This document shows positions 11,566 through 24,079 of a stretch of 34,709 nucleotides of DNA, in pieces. Source of the DNA: Conidiobolus incongruus B7586 (Eukaryota); the NCBI GenBank assembly GCA_000697335.1, contig JNEM01006774.1, positions 1 through 34,709 of the forward strand, given 5' to 3'. A program made the translations under genes and the position numbers. The number at the start of each line of letters is the position of its first letter. Within the stretch, counting starts at the first letter, position 1. The notes beneath the pieces are model-generated. The model did not search any database, was not told the DNA's origin, and saw only the letters and a program-made list of their open reading frames with translations.

Positions 11566-14557
11566 TTATTCAACTTCCATTTCGTCCTGTAAGAACGGAG
11601 CTTTAACTGAGAAAGGGTTCAAATCATCATTTAATAAATCTTCAGTCGTTTCGGCTACTTCATCGTTGCTTTGATTCAATTTGGATGCGTCAATTAAGTA
11701 TCTCATGAGATATAAGTTGTCTTCACATCTAAATTGCTAAGTTAGTATATGATATAATAATAATAATAATAATATTGGGATACTTACAATTTAGATAAGT
11801 CTTGATATCTCTTTGTCAAAACTTTTTGAATACCTCTGATATTGGGTAAGTGGAGATTTAGATTATTTTTAAGGGTGCGTCCGTGATAGGTTAATAATTC
11901 AAGTGCCCATAGAATAATGAATTCCAAGTGGGGAGATCCTGATTCTGAGTATGAGATTAAGAATTTGAAAGCCATAGGCAAGTATTTCTCGGGAAGTTGG
12001 GAACTGATCAATGGGATGTCAGAAGAAGGAATGGATTCGAATACTTTCACTAGGATTTGGGGTTCGTTTAACTTGAATGCCATGATGAAGGCGTGTAAGT
12101 ATTGTTTTTGAGCTAAAGTGGAGAGAACACTATCGGGAGTAATGTCAATGTCTAATTCAAATGGATCAAATACTAAAGTATCATCAAGAGAATAGATGAG
12201 TAAGCCTTCTGTAGAGGCGGCAGCCCAAGATCTTCCAGTTGGACAGAATTTAACAGATTTCGTCTTAGCTTCTGGCTTAACTTTACGCTCTGATAAATCA
12301 CCCCTAGCAACACCAGGTAAGTTATGGTTTCCTTTACGGAAAGCAATATCACGATCGTCATCTTCGTCGTCGATTAAATCCATAGGACCAGCATCAGTCA
12401 TATTTTTGCTATTTAAAAATTCCAAAGTTCCATCCAAAGAACGATTATGGGTAATTTGGAATTTTTTGATCAGCACATGAGTTAAACAGTCATAGATACA
12501 GACGTATTTGCTATTACCACCACCAATAATAGCTTTGCCATCAGCTGTATAGCATAAACTGTTAAAGCATTTGCCAGCAGATGAGTTGGCGGCGGAGATC
12601 ATGTCGCCATCCTTTCTACCTCCGGAAATATCCTTGCGGCCCTCGATAGCTCCCATATTGTTACCAGAATCAGAGTCCCAGAATGAGATTTCACCATCGA
12701 GAGTGCTAACAGCCAATTGTTTGCCGTCAGGTCTGTAAGCAAGAGCTAAAACTTCAGACTTCATTTGAATAGATTCGGTATAGTGAGTTCTGCCAAATAC
12801 GTCCCAAATTCTGACAGTTTTATCCCAAGAACCACTGGCAAAAATGTTGAGGTTAGGACTGAAGCTGATTCCTGATACAGGAGCCTCATGACCTGCGAGG
12901 ACTTCAAGAAGACGACCAGTCTGAAGAGACCATACGTAGATTTCAAAAGTATCATTTGAGCCAGCGCAGATAATATCGCCACTAGGGTCAACAGTCATAC
13001 AAGAGAATTGGGCAGGGGAGGGAGATGTAAAAACTCTGAAATTACGATATCTTTTAAGGTCAAAAGCTCTGACAGTACCATCCAAACTGGCAGAGATAAT
13101 TACTTGACCATTTTTAGTGAATTCTAAAGCTGTGATTGGGGCAGTGTGATCTGTAAAAGTAACAAAGCAGAACCCTGAGGCGGTATTCCATACCTTAAGC
13201 TTACCATCATGACCACCAGTGGCAATAGTTTGACCATCTGGGGAATAGGCCATAGTGTTCATATCATAGAAGTGACCTTGTTGTTTGAGGATGTAAGATT
13301 CAGATTGCCATTCCCAAACTAATAATTGTCCAAATTCAGATGAGCCAAAAGCTAACCATTCACCAGTATTGTTGACTGCAACAGTATTGATTCTATGTTG
13401 AGAAATACTCAAAGTGTGGATATTAACAAAGTCTGGCATTTCCCACAAACCAAAAATACCGTTATCAAAACCAACTAAGAGCATTGAGGTAGAAGCGTGG
13501 AAGGTGGCAGAGGTGACTTTGCCGGGTTGTTGAAGATAATGACGTTCAGCAACCATCCATTTGGTTTCTTCTAAATAATCATTATCACCACGATCTTCGA
13601 TTTCAACACCTTTATCTTCCAATACAGTCATTAAATTAGTGTTTTTCCAGTGGCAGACCTGACCATCGCGACTCACAGTATAGATTGATTTACCATCTTT
13701 ACTGAAAAATGAATTGACAACATTGTCACGATGTCCTGAAAGAGTGATGGGGAAATTTTTCTTAGGTTTACCCATATTAAAGAGCTTAGCAGAAAGATCT
13801 TTGGATGAAGTTAAAATAAGTCTATTATAAAATATTAGTAATAATTATAGCGAATAAATTGAGATACTTACTTTGAATTCTGAGACCATTGAATAGATGT
13901 AACATCGTCATAATGACCAGTAAAATTTCTAACGTGAACAAATGGAGCCAATTCACGATGACTTCCTGGTACTTTCCAAACCTGAACAATTTTTCCATGA
14001 GTAAAAGCGAAATATCTATAATGAAATCATTATTAATAAAATGAAATGTTGAATAAAATGAATTACATACTTGCCATCTGGAGAGAATTGAATATCTCTA
14101 ACTCTTTCGCCAAAGTTGAATTTGTGTAAAACTTTTTGTCTTAAAAAGTTGACTAATAAACCTCTTCCATCTAAAATATATGTAAATTGAAATTTTCAAT
14201 ACAATTGAATATTTATTTACCTTCGTCTATTAAAAACAATAAATTTCCTTTTGGAGAGAGTGCCAATCGAGTAATATTACAAGAAGTCTCATAAGGCGAA
14301 GTATGTGATTTATTGCTATTATTCAAAAATTATTAATTAATTTTAAAATACTATCTGTTATAACTTACTTGACAAGATCAAATACGGTAATTCTATTGCC
14401 AACGGGGCTAATTAAATGATTACCATCCGGTGTATATAACAAATTTCCTTGTTTGTATACTGTACCACATAAGTTAGAAAACTAAAAATTTAAAGATAGA
14501 TTAATTTTATATATCTAATATATCATAATAGTTTATTACTTTAAAGTCGGATTTCAT
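11566..14557 (-). CDS. PWP2: Periodic tryptophan protein 2 / Utp1 (SSU processome WD40 protein), 7 exons, ~888 aa
   Basis: Exons 14557-14540, 14481-14369, 14315-14221, 14170-14071, 14015-13872, 13821-11788, 11728-11566. N-terminus MKSDFKFSNLCGTVYKQGNL..PVGNRITVFDL; GQLLVWEWQSESYILKQQGH; SLDGTVRAFDLKRYRNFR; EGRKDISGGR; C-terminal Utp12-type helical region. Confidence 0.97.
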
Positions 14558-17500
14558 ATTAAAATTCTAATTAGTATTCAATTTCTATTTTATTAAGAGC
14601 TATCAAAAATATATAGAAAATTATAATAAATATTAGTTATATCCTATTTTGTTATCTATGAATAAAATTTTCTATTGTTTGTAGATTTTATTGATGGTCC
14701 TTTTATAATTTTTTTTAAATTGAAGCAATTTATCCTCTTAAAATATTTTGTATAAAAATAAAAATTATGGGAATATTTTAAATTTTTCTAATTTGAATTA
14801 AAATCAAAAAACTGATTTGATAAAGATATCTCTGAAATATTAATTTATTAATTCAAAAGTAGTATATTATAATTATTATTGTTATTGCTGTTATTAATAA
14901 TGTAATTACTATCTTATTTACAGAATGGATTTGGTATTCCTCTCAGATTATAAAGATAGTTGAATTTGAACTTATCACCATAAAATAAAAAAAATTTAAT
15001 CATTAAAATTTCGACTGGTTTAAAATAAAGATTGATCAATAATATGCATCTTAAGCGATATTATTAATGTTTAAATTATTCACTTTTATATATTTTGTCA
15101 ATATATAAATTTGAAATTCAATGTCCATATACTAGAAATAATATTTCTCATTTAATGCTCGAATTTTAATATGTGATATTCTCATTTATATTACATTGAG
15201 TATTTTTATTAAATCTTTAATAATAATTAAATTTTAAAATATAAAATTTTGATATAATTATTTCTTAATTTCATCGATTATTTTGAGTTTGTGTCATTCA
15301 TTATATAATTTACAGAAAATAAATTTTTAACCATAGTATTCGTCGAACTCTACGATTGTGAATATATCAAATGACTCATTAAAATACTAGCCTTATTTAT
15401 ATGAAATCATTAAATATTAATTTTATTTGATTTTTAATGATTATCTTTTCAATTAAAATAAGATTACTTTGCTTCAGGTATACTTTAAAGATTAGTTATC
15501 GTACAAATTTAGTCAAAAATTAAAAGATCATATTCAGAATGATTTGAATATAAAAAGTCCTATTAATAAAAAATACCTAAATCGTTTAGTCAAATGCACT
15601 TTTTTATATTGTAATTGACATTAAATATATATAAATTAAAAAATTCAATGATTTATATAGTTTTTATCGTTATATTTATGTTTTGGTATTTTATCAAACC
15701 CGTTCTTCAGATTGAATTGATTTCCAATTATAGCGATTATTCAAATTTGAGATTGGTATACTAATTTAATGATTTTTTAATAGATATTAATAAAAAATTC
15801 TAATTAGTGTGCAATTTAATAATATATGGCAATATATAATTAATAAAATCATTTTTGCATACAGAAATATCTATTCGACTTGATCCGTTTGCTTCAAAAA
15901 CTTAACTGATTGCTGAAAAGAAATATGTTTAATTGAATTTTTAAAATTGATTTAAATGAATATGAAAGCCAATTGAGCTGTTCATTTGGTTTTAATATTG
16001 AAATAATTCATTGATATAAAATGTCAATAATAATTTTACTAGGTATTAAAGCATTATTTTATTTGAAGTGAACATATATTTTTTGTAATTTGAAAATTGT
16101 TTTTTGAATTAATTTAGTAATTGCAATGGATCAGAATCGATCAATCCATTCTGAGGAGACGCGGATCGACATATTTATTACATTTTTAAATTTCTGTCTA
16201 TTGAAAAAAACTTAAAATTGATACAATTCAATATCTCTACTTTTAGTTCAATATTAGTTTGAAGAAATGGGGAAAGTAAACAAGTATGTTTTCAGTTTGA
16301 ATATTTAACACAAATCAAAAGCTATTTATTACAATTTATATTTATTTATATCAAATCAATGTTTATTGAATAATGCATAGTCAACTCTAAAAGAATGTTT
16401 ATATTAAATATTTTCAATATAATATCTAAATGATAAATATACTATGGTTATTTTATAATTGAAGTTTCTAATGAATTACATTCAAAAACAATAATATAGA
16501 TTCACCAACTCTATGCCATCGTTATTACTGTTTTGAGTTATATTTAATTAAGTAAAATAAATTAAATGTTATATATATCAAAGCCACCAATAAATTGATA
16601 TTAATTGTTTGAACCCTGAAATTGATTATTTAGCCACTGTTCGTATTAATTTCAAATTTTTATTAGACTAGAATATCAAAATCACAAAATATGAAACATT
16701 GACAATAGATAGTAAATTATTGCCACATCACATAATGGTATATTAGAATACATATTTTATCTAAAATTTTAGTCAAAATGATTACATTTGAATCTTGATC
16801 CACGATCGAGCCGTTCGATGTTTTTTACGTGCTTAGCTTTATGCTAAATAAATCGATATTTGATATTTGAAATTTTCTTAGTCTTAAAAGACATCATTTT
16901 AAAATCAAAAAATATAATATAATATATTATCGAATTATATAAAAGTTTAAATATTATTTATAATTTCGTTGATTTTAAAAGCTATCAGTTTCATTTGGTT
17001 AGATTATAGTATTTGATAATTGTTTGAAACCAAATTAATTAATTTTGAATTCAATTAAATTGCCTAAATAAGATTAGATCAAATGTTCTGCGGAAAATAT
17101 AATCACCCATAATATCAAATTCCCATTTATAAAATTCACTTGAAATTAAATTTGTGATCCACTATTTAGTTTGCATTATGTCATTCAATGAGAATAAATT
17201 AAAAAATATTAATGAAAAAACAGTTTATAAGAATTCGATATTAAAATGAAAATTATATATATATTAAAGTGTATCTCAAATGTTAGATTATAGAGTTCAG
17301 CTAATGGTTTTTTAGCGTAGCATATCAAACATTGTCTCAAGTATTATGTCTTTGATCTTTTATATTAGGAAAGTGTCGGGTAATTCAATATCATTAGAAT
17401 TTTAATTCAAATCAAAAGAATGTGTTTAACCCATAAATCAATCATTTTAATTGGATAATTAAAATTCAGTTTATTTTGGAAAATATGACCGATTATAATT

Positions 17501-17568
17501 TTAGAATTTATAATTAATATTCGGATAAGTTAATGTTTATTCATTGATCATTATATAAATGCTACATT

Positions 17569-19401
17569 ATGAAGAGAGCCCAAAAGAGACAAGTTCCAAG
17601 TTTTAAGGTGGCTAATTATCAATCTAAACAGAAGCCTAAAATACATTTGACTTTAACTGCTCAAATCACTAAGAGAATCCAGAATTTAGAAACGATATTA
17701 GCGAAAGCTAAGCCCACCTTTGAATATTATTCTAACCTTTTAAATAATGCAGATAACCCTCCTTTAACCAAGAAACAAATTGAGGATATCAAATGCTTTG
17801 AGTTACAATTAAGAGAATTTGATACTAGTTTTAACCAGATAGTTAAATTTGATGATGAAGATGGAATTATTATTCCTCAGTTAAAAGCTCTATTGACTAA
17901 GTTTCATAAAAATTTGGACAACATCAAAACCCTCATAGAAATTAGTTTAAATCCTAATGTTATTGAATCAAGGTCACGTAAAACACTTCGAAAATTCTCT
18001 CAAAGACAAAACTCTATACCACCCCATTGGTTGGAGCAAGCGTGTAGGTTTTATGTCAATCAATTCGATTCTCACTCTCACTGGCTCACACCTGACGAAT
18101 TATACCAATCTATTCGATCTGAAACACCAAACATCTTATCTTACTCAGTGCTTGCACTCATGTCTCGATTTTTAGATGAAGAATATGAAAAATCGCCTGA
18201 TCAGGATCTAGAACTATATACATCTTTTGATGGTATGAATTTAACGCAATTTTCAAAATTTTGTGCATTATCTGCTAAAAAATTGGTACCTGCAAGTTTT
18301 CTTGAACCACACCTAAACACTGTAATTGCATTGGCTTTTTTAGCTCTTTTTGAACAGACCTATTGCCATGCAAGTGGCTTCTCTTACTTTTATGGTTCAG
18401 CTGTTCGATTAGCTCAAACACTGGGTTTAGCTCCTATGACTCCTGAGCAAATAATATTCAGTCTAATGCTAATGAATCCTCAACAGCAAAAGATGGAAAT
18501 AAGAAAGCACAAAATCTGGGCTTCCTTAGTTATTGGTGATCTTTTAGCAAGTCAAATTTTAAGACAGCCCAACTTTCTACCTACAGAAGTATCGCTCGCG
18601 ATGATTCGTACTAGCCAAAGCTTACTTCATTTACAAAAACCTGGAGAAAAAATTTTCGGCTCCTCGATTACGGCTGGGAATAGTCCAGCGACGGATCAGG
18701 TAATGCCCATGCTCGACGAATTCTTTGAAATGTTTATCAGTTTCCAAACTTACATAGAGAAATTCAAATTACAATTCAAAGACTCTCCTATGGGCACTCC
18801 AAATCAATTTTCGCTGCCTAAAGAACTTATGGCACACATTCGAGTGAGAATTCAAAATTTATCAGATATAGTAACAGATTATTACTGCTTTGATCTACTT
18901 AAAAAGGCTCTCAAAATCCAACCCTTCGATATACATGCTGCAGTGGTGACTGGAATGCGATTTGCTATTGCTACATTTACTATTTATCTCCATTATCCTG
19001 CCTTATTTATCAAACCCGTACCTTCTTATTTCGATCCCGAAACTCACTACATCATCCTTTTAGCTGCGCACAATGTCGTTCAACTTTACCGAGATGGTGT
19101 AGCAGTACTACAAATGGAAACAGATAGTCCTAATACTAGCAATCGATTCTTAATGTCTCAATACTTTTTAGAAGCATTTTATGTATATTTGAATGCTGTA
19201 AGTTTCAATTTACCGGTGCCCGAAGGAATGACAAGTGAAACCTTCCACTCCAAGGGATACTACTACGGACAACTTAAATTTTTACTCGATTTCCTTTACA
19301 ATTACTCGACATCTGACCACGATATGAAAATGTGTTTAAAACAAATTGAAGAAGCGCTACCCTCCTTTAAATTAAGTCGATCCTTTTTAGAAGATATTTA
19401 A
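17569..19401 (+). CDS. Fungal-specific transcription factor middle-homology-region (Fungal_trans/MHR) protein, intronless, 610 aa, no Zn2Cys6 cluster seen
   Basis: Long uninterrupted ORF. MHR-type pattern ..FYVNQF...LSYSVLALMSRF...LNTVIALAFLALFEQ...YGSAVRLAQTLGL...EIRKHKIWASLVIGDLLASQILRQP. Confidence 0.75.
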   Translation: MKRAQKRQVPSFKVANYQSKQKPKIHLTLTAQITKRIQNLETILAKAKPTFEYYSNLLNNADNPPLTKKQIEDIKCFELQLREFDTSFNQIVKFDDEDGIIIPQLKALLTKFHKNLDNIKTLIEISLNPNVIESRSRKTLRKFSQRQNSIPPHWLEQACRFYVNQFDSHSHWLTPDELYQSIRSETPNILSYSVLALMSRFLDEEYEKSPDQDLELYTSFDGMNLTQFSKFCALSAKKLVPASFLEPHLNTVIALAFLALFEQTYCHASGFSYFYGSAVRLAQTLGLAPMTPEQIIFSLMLMNPQQQKMEIRKHKIWASLVIGDLLASQILRQPNFLPTEVSLAMIRTSQSLLHLQKPGEKIFGSSITAGNSPATDQVMPMLDEFFEMFISFQTYIEKFKLQFKDSPMGTPNQFSLPKELMAHIRVRIQNLSDIVTDYYCFDLLKKALKIQPFDIHAAVVTGMRFAIATFTIYLHYPALFIKPVPSYFDPETHYIILLAAHNVVQLYRDGVAVLQMETDSPNTSNRFLMSQYFLEAFYVYLNAVSFNLPVPEGMTSETFHSKGYYYGQLKFLLDFLYNYSTSDHDMKMCLKQIEEALPSFKLSRSFLEDI

Positions 19402-20881
19402 TGAATTTTGTATGGATTTGTCTGGTCAAATATTCTCTTAATTATCTGTTCAATTTAACTAATATTTACATTTCATTGTATTGTATTTTATTTGTTCCAA
19501 ATTATTTTGAAATAATTCTTAATTAAATTAATTTTTTTTAATTATTATAATTTTAATAAACTTTTTTAAATTAATAACAAAATTTAATTAAGATAATATT
19601 ATTAAATGAATTTTTTATCAGTTTTTTTTATGGTGGAAGTGTCTAATTGAATTAATGAAAGAAGTTCAATATTAAATTGGAGTTGATTATTGAAATTTGT
19701 TAATTTTTAATTTACACATAACTAATTTAAATCATAACTATTCTTTAATGATGTTATTATATTATAGTGTATTAATTCTATTTTTATTTGAATGTAGTTA
19801 ATTATATAATAATTAAAAAAAAATTGAATTATGAATTTTATTATATCTATTATATAAAATGGAAATAAAACTAAAATTAAATATAGATCAATGAGTAAAT
19901 AAAAAAACATAATAATAGTATATAAGAATAATTCCTAAAATCAAAATTAATTTTAATTATTAATATCAATATCACATCATAATTTGAATTATATTCTCTT
20001 TTAATAATGCTTTATTCAATTAAGTTAAATTCTTTTAAATATATTACTTTTATATCAGATTAGAAAAGTATGACATCAGTTCACGTTCTCGTATCATAAA
20101 TAAAGTTAATAAAGAGATAATTATAATGGTATAATTGATTAAATTTTTTACTAATTCTTAACTCTTATTATCAAATATGATCTACCTAAATTATGCTATT
20201 TCTTAGTATAGGAATCATCTAATATCTTTTGAATTTCAATGTTATCATTTAGCCCCATCGGAAATTTTTCAAAGATTTAAGCGTGCCTTATACAGCATTA
20301 CTTAATACTGAAAATAAAAAAGAAAAAAAAAATGCAAAGTATTAATGACCATGGAAAGGAGTTTTGTTGATATTGTAGTGGGGTAAGACTAGAATTGATA
20401 TAATCGCTGGCTTGTAATGAACCAATGATTCAAATGGACCAACATTAATGATTTTTAGATTTTTTGATATCGGAAATTAAATACTTTTGCCTATCAATGG
20501 TGTTATTTTGACATATGGCATCATCTTTTGGTAATACTTCTATGAATCTTGTAATTTGAAAAATGTTATCTCATGAAAATTCTCCGATATTCAATGTCAA
20601 CCTGATTGGTCAATAGTGAGTATGAGTAGGTTTGTATCGCTTGTAATGCAAGAAAAAGCTTTGAATTAGAGTGTTGTGTGACTTAATTAGGCTAATAACT
20701 TATTGTGCTTGAATGAGTAATAGCTAGACTGACTACAATTAAAAGATTGGTCACAGCACGTGGAAATCAGGTATTACCCTACCATAAGCCCAATTTAAGA
20801 TGAAGCTTAGCCTAATTTAGAACTTCAATCTAATACAACTACAATTTTACTAATTAGAGATCCAAAAGTCTTCTTAGAAAG

Positions 20882-21118
20882 CCAATTTAGGAAAGAGGAC
20901 ATTACATTTGAACTGAAATTTCAAGTGAATTGGTAAGATTGAAAAAGATATTAATTAAAATGATTTTTACCGAATTTGGTAAGCATGTCCAATTAAGTTC
21001 GTGGCGACCTCCAAATTAGGAAGCTTAATCTAGCTCATATTAGAAAACTTCATTTAGAATTCATTCACCCCACATCACTCTATCAACTTTATCACATGGA
21101 CGACAACAAGTATAAAAA
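20882..21118 (+). promoter_or_regulatory. Forkhead gene promoter with clustered CArG/Mcm1-type MADS sites and TATA
   Basis: CCAATTTAGG (20882-20891), TTACCGAATTTGGTAA (20967-20982), CCAAATTAGG (21011-21020); TATAAAAA at 21111-21118. Confidence 0.5.
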
Positions 21119-21328
21119 GCAGTCTCTTTCTTTATCATCAAATATACAACAGATCACTTCGTATTTATCCTCACCTTCTATCTCCAACTTCCATCCCTCT
21201 AAATTCGCTTCACTGTTCGGCCAATTTCAAACCGATCAATAATTTATTTAATTTATATAGAATTATAGAATACTAATAGACTAATTCCCTCCCTCTATAT
21301 TATTATACTAACCAACTAATTAATTACT

Positions 21329-22467
21329 ATGGCCTGTGCTTCAACTCCCACTGATCAAAACAAAGATTTAAAACCCCTTTCCATACTCGCATCTAATACC
21401 TCCCATCACTACAACCAGCGTCAAGATCAATCCTACCACTCTCGCAATCCAGCCGAAAACCACTTCTTACCCTACTCAACCTATTCCATGCCAACTCAAT
21501 TTGCCAATACTCCCCATGAACTATACAATAGCTCCAGTATGAATCTTATGGATTCACAAAGCATGAACTCATCAGTATATAGATTACCTCTTCAATTGGG
21601 GTTGAGTCCTCCATCAATGCTCGAAACTTCTCGTCCTGATTCCAATATACCGGATATGGATGTACCCATGCAACCCAGTCCCTTTGACCAATTCCCCGAA
21701 TTGATCAATTCTTCCCATGAAACCTCATTTTCCCTCATGGACCCTTCCCAACTCGATCGCTCATGTCTCTTCACAGCTATCGTCCCCCAAGACCCTTCAA
21801 ACTTCCCAATGAACGATATGCACTACCCCATGACACCCACCGATGCTTATGGTTTTCCATTATTCAGCTACGATGCCATGTCGCCCATGACAGCAGCCGG
21901 TACACCTTTCCTCTTCCCATACTATCCTGGTAATATGCATCCATTAGCATTACAGCAGGAAGATCAAGAAAAACCACCCTTCTCATATTCTCAGCTCATT
22001 ACGCGAGCTATTCTCGAATCGCCACAACGTCAACTCTTGCTTAGTGAAATTTATGAATGGATGGTAGAAAGATTCCCCTATTTCAGAAAAGACACTGCTG
22101 GCGTTTGGAAGAACTCTGTCAGACACAATTTATCAGTTAACAAAATATTCAAAAGAGCTCCTAGACAGCATGATCAACCCGGTAAAGGAAGCTATTGGAC
22201 ACTCGATCAAGAACAAATTTCGATGATGGACCGTAGAGGTCAGAGAAGGAAGCCTAGAACTCCCCAAAGCGGTAAAGATGGCTCTAGTGTAAGTTATATT
22301 TTGAATTGGCTTGTATTCTTGTTAATTAATAATGATCTATTACATAGAGCAATACGAGTAATGCTAGTTCTACGCCCAGATGTTTTGATTCACCTTCATC
22401 AATACCATCATGTCCAGAACTCTCAAGCGAAGAATTACCATCTTCTAATGAATCATCAGTCGAATAA
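21329..22467 (+). CDS. Forkhead-box transcription factor, 2 exons, ~359 aa, no FHA domain seen
   Basis: KPPFSYSQLITRAILES...LSEIYEWM..FPYF....WKNSVRHNLSVNKIFKR......GKGSYW. Exons 21329-22288 and 22348-22467 (59-nt GTAAGT...TAG intron) give a Ser-rich C-tail. Confidence 0.93.
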
Positions 22468-23103
22468 TTCACTTTTTTGGATTAGTCTAATGGCCTAAAT
22501 CACACTTCCTAAAGTAAGGAAGCTTACTAAATGTGGCAATCATATCAATTTCACTGTATGGAAACAATGAGATTGATGCGACTTCAATTAAAGGATTGAA
22601 GTTTACATTAATTGGATAAAATCATCCAAACTAATCCCTTTATCATAATCCATCTCTCTCATATTTACCATCTTAGCATACCAATATCTCATTAACTAAC
22701 CAACTAACTGGATGAAAATCAAACCAATTCCCCTCCTTAATTATATATCCCATCATCTTCTTCATAATCATTTTCATCGCCTCGTCATGACGTATCCGTT
22801 TTTCATCGATTTTTGTTTTATTTTATTTTAATAAATGTAGTCCTACGATTTTTATATTCATTATTATTATTATTTTATTTATTGAATATTAATTTTTATT
22901 ATTTAAATAACTTAATTCCAATATTCATTTAGATATTAATTAAAATTTTTAATTTAATACTTTATAAGAAATTACTATTTTTTATCTTCCAAATCATTTG
23001 CTATTCATCCCAAAATTCTCAAAATCATATGACTTTTAGAATATATAATAACCATTGATACATTTCATCATCATTATTATTTTCAGTGTGTGACTTAGTA
23101 ATT

Positions 23104-23778
23104 ATGAGTGTTAACGGAGAAGCTGTTATATTAAACGATAGAGCTCAAGCTTTAGCTAGTTATCCTCACGCTCGTAAATTAAATGGTTTAATCTACGTCT
23201 CTGGTATTTCTTCCAGAAGATTTGATAATACGTAATTAGTTTATATTTAATTATTTGATGATATATTAATTTGAAGTTGATTTAGATATGAAGGAGTAAT
23301 AGTCAAATTATGCTATAATTATCTAAGTTATTAAATAATATTTTAGGTTACTACTCTCGAAGATGGAACTGTCAAATTAGATATTAAAGCTCAAACTAGA
23401 GCTGTAATTGAAAAGTAAGTGATTAATTAAATCAAATCTAATTTTGTCTCTTGATATTTAAATACTTGATACTAATATTTGACTGAATATCTCTAGTATT
23501 AAAGTGATTTTAGAACGTTCTGGAAGTAGTTTAAATCACTTAGTCGATTTAACCGTTTTCTTAGTCAATATGGAAGATTATAAAGGTTTTAACGAAGTAA
23601 TATCTAATAGTATTCGTTAATTATTGATATATATTGATTGATATGTTTTATTATTTAGGTTTATAACGAATACTTTAAAGCAGAGACAGGGCCTTCTAGA
23701 ACTACTGTTGCAGTTCATCAATTACCTAACCCTAATTTATTAATTGAAATTAAATCAATTGCTACTTATGATAATTAA
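23104..23778 (+). CDS. RidA/YjgF/UK114 superfamily protein, 2-aminomuconate deaminase-like, 5 exons, 141 aa
   Basis: Exons 23104-23231, 23286-23295, 23347-23414, 23497-23596, 23659-23778, all introns GT-AG. Protein: [141 protein letters not shown]. Catalytic Arg in PSRT. Confidence 0.92.
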
Positions 23779-24079
23779 ATAAACAGTAGTATTTTTATTA
23801 TTTAAAAGCATTTAATACATTATATATACATTTATTCTCATTTCTTAATGATCAATTTATAAGTATTTTTTTCAAATACAATTCAATAAATTTCGAAAAT
23901 ATTTGTAAAACATTTAGAGCCTTCATAAATTATCCCATAAATTTCGATCAAAGAATCAAGAAAATTTATAAAGTTAAATGGACTGGGTTTTTATATTTAT
24001 TCATCAATATCAAAAAAAATTTATTGAATATTACTAATAAATTGATTTAATTACTCATATACAATATACCTTGCGTAAA

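Noticed and set aside
19722..19910. 62-aa F/I/L/Y-rich ORF
   Set aside because: Composition is what AT-rich non-coding DNA produces, and I could not read a transposase motif there.
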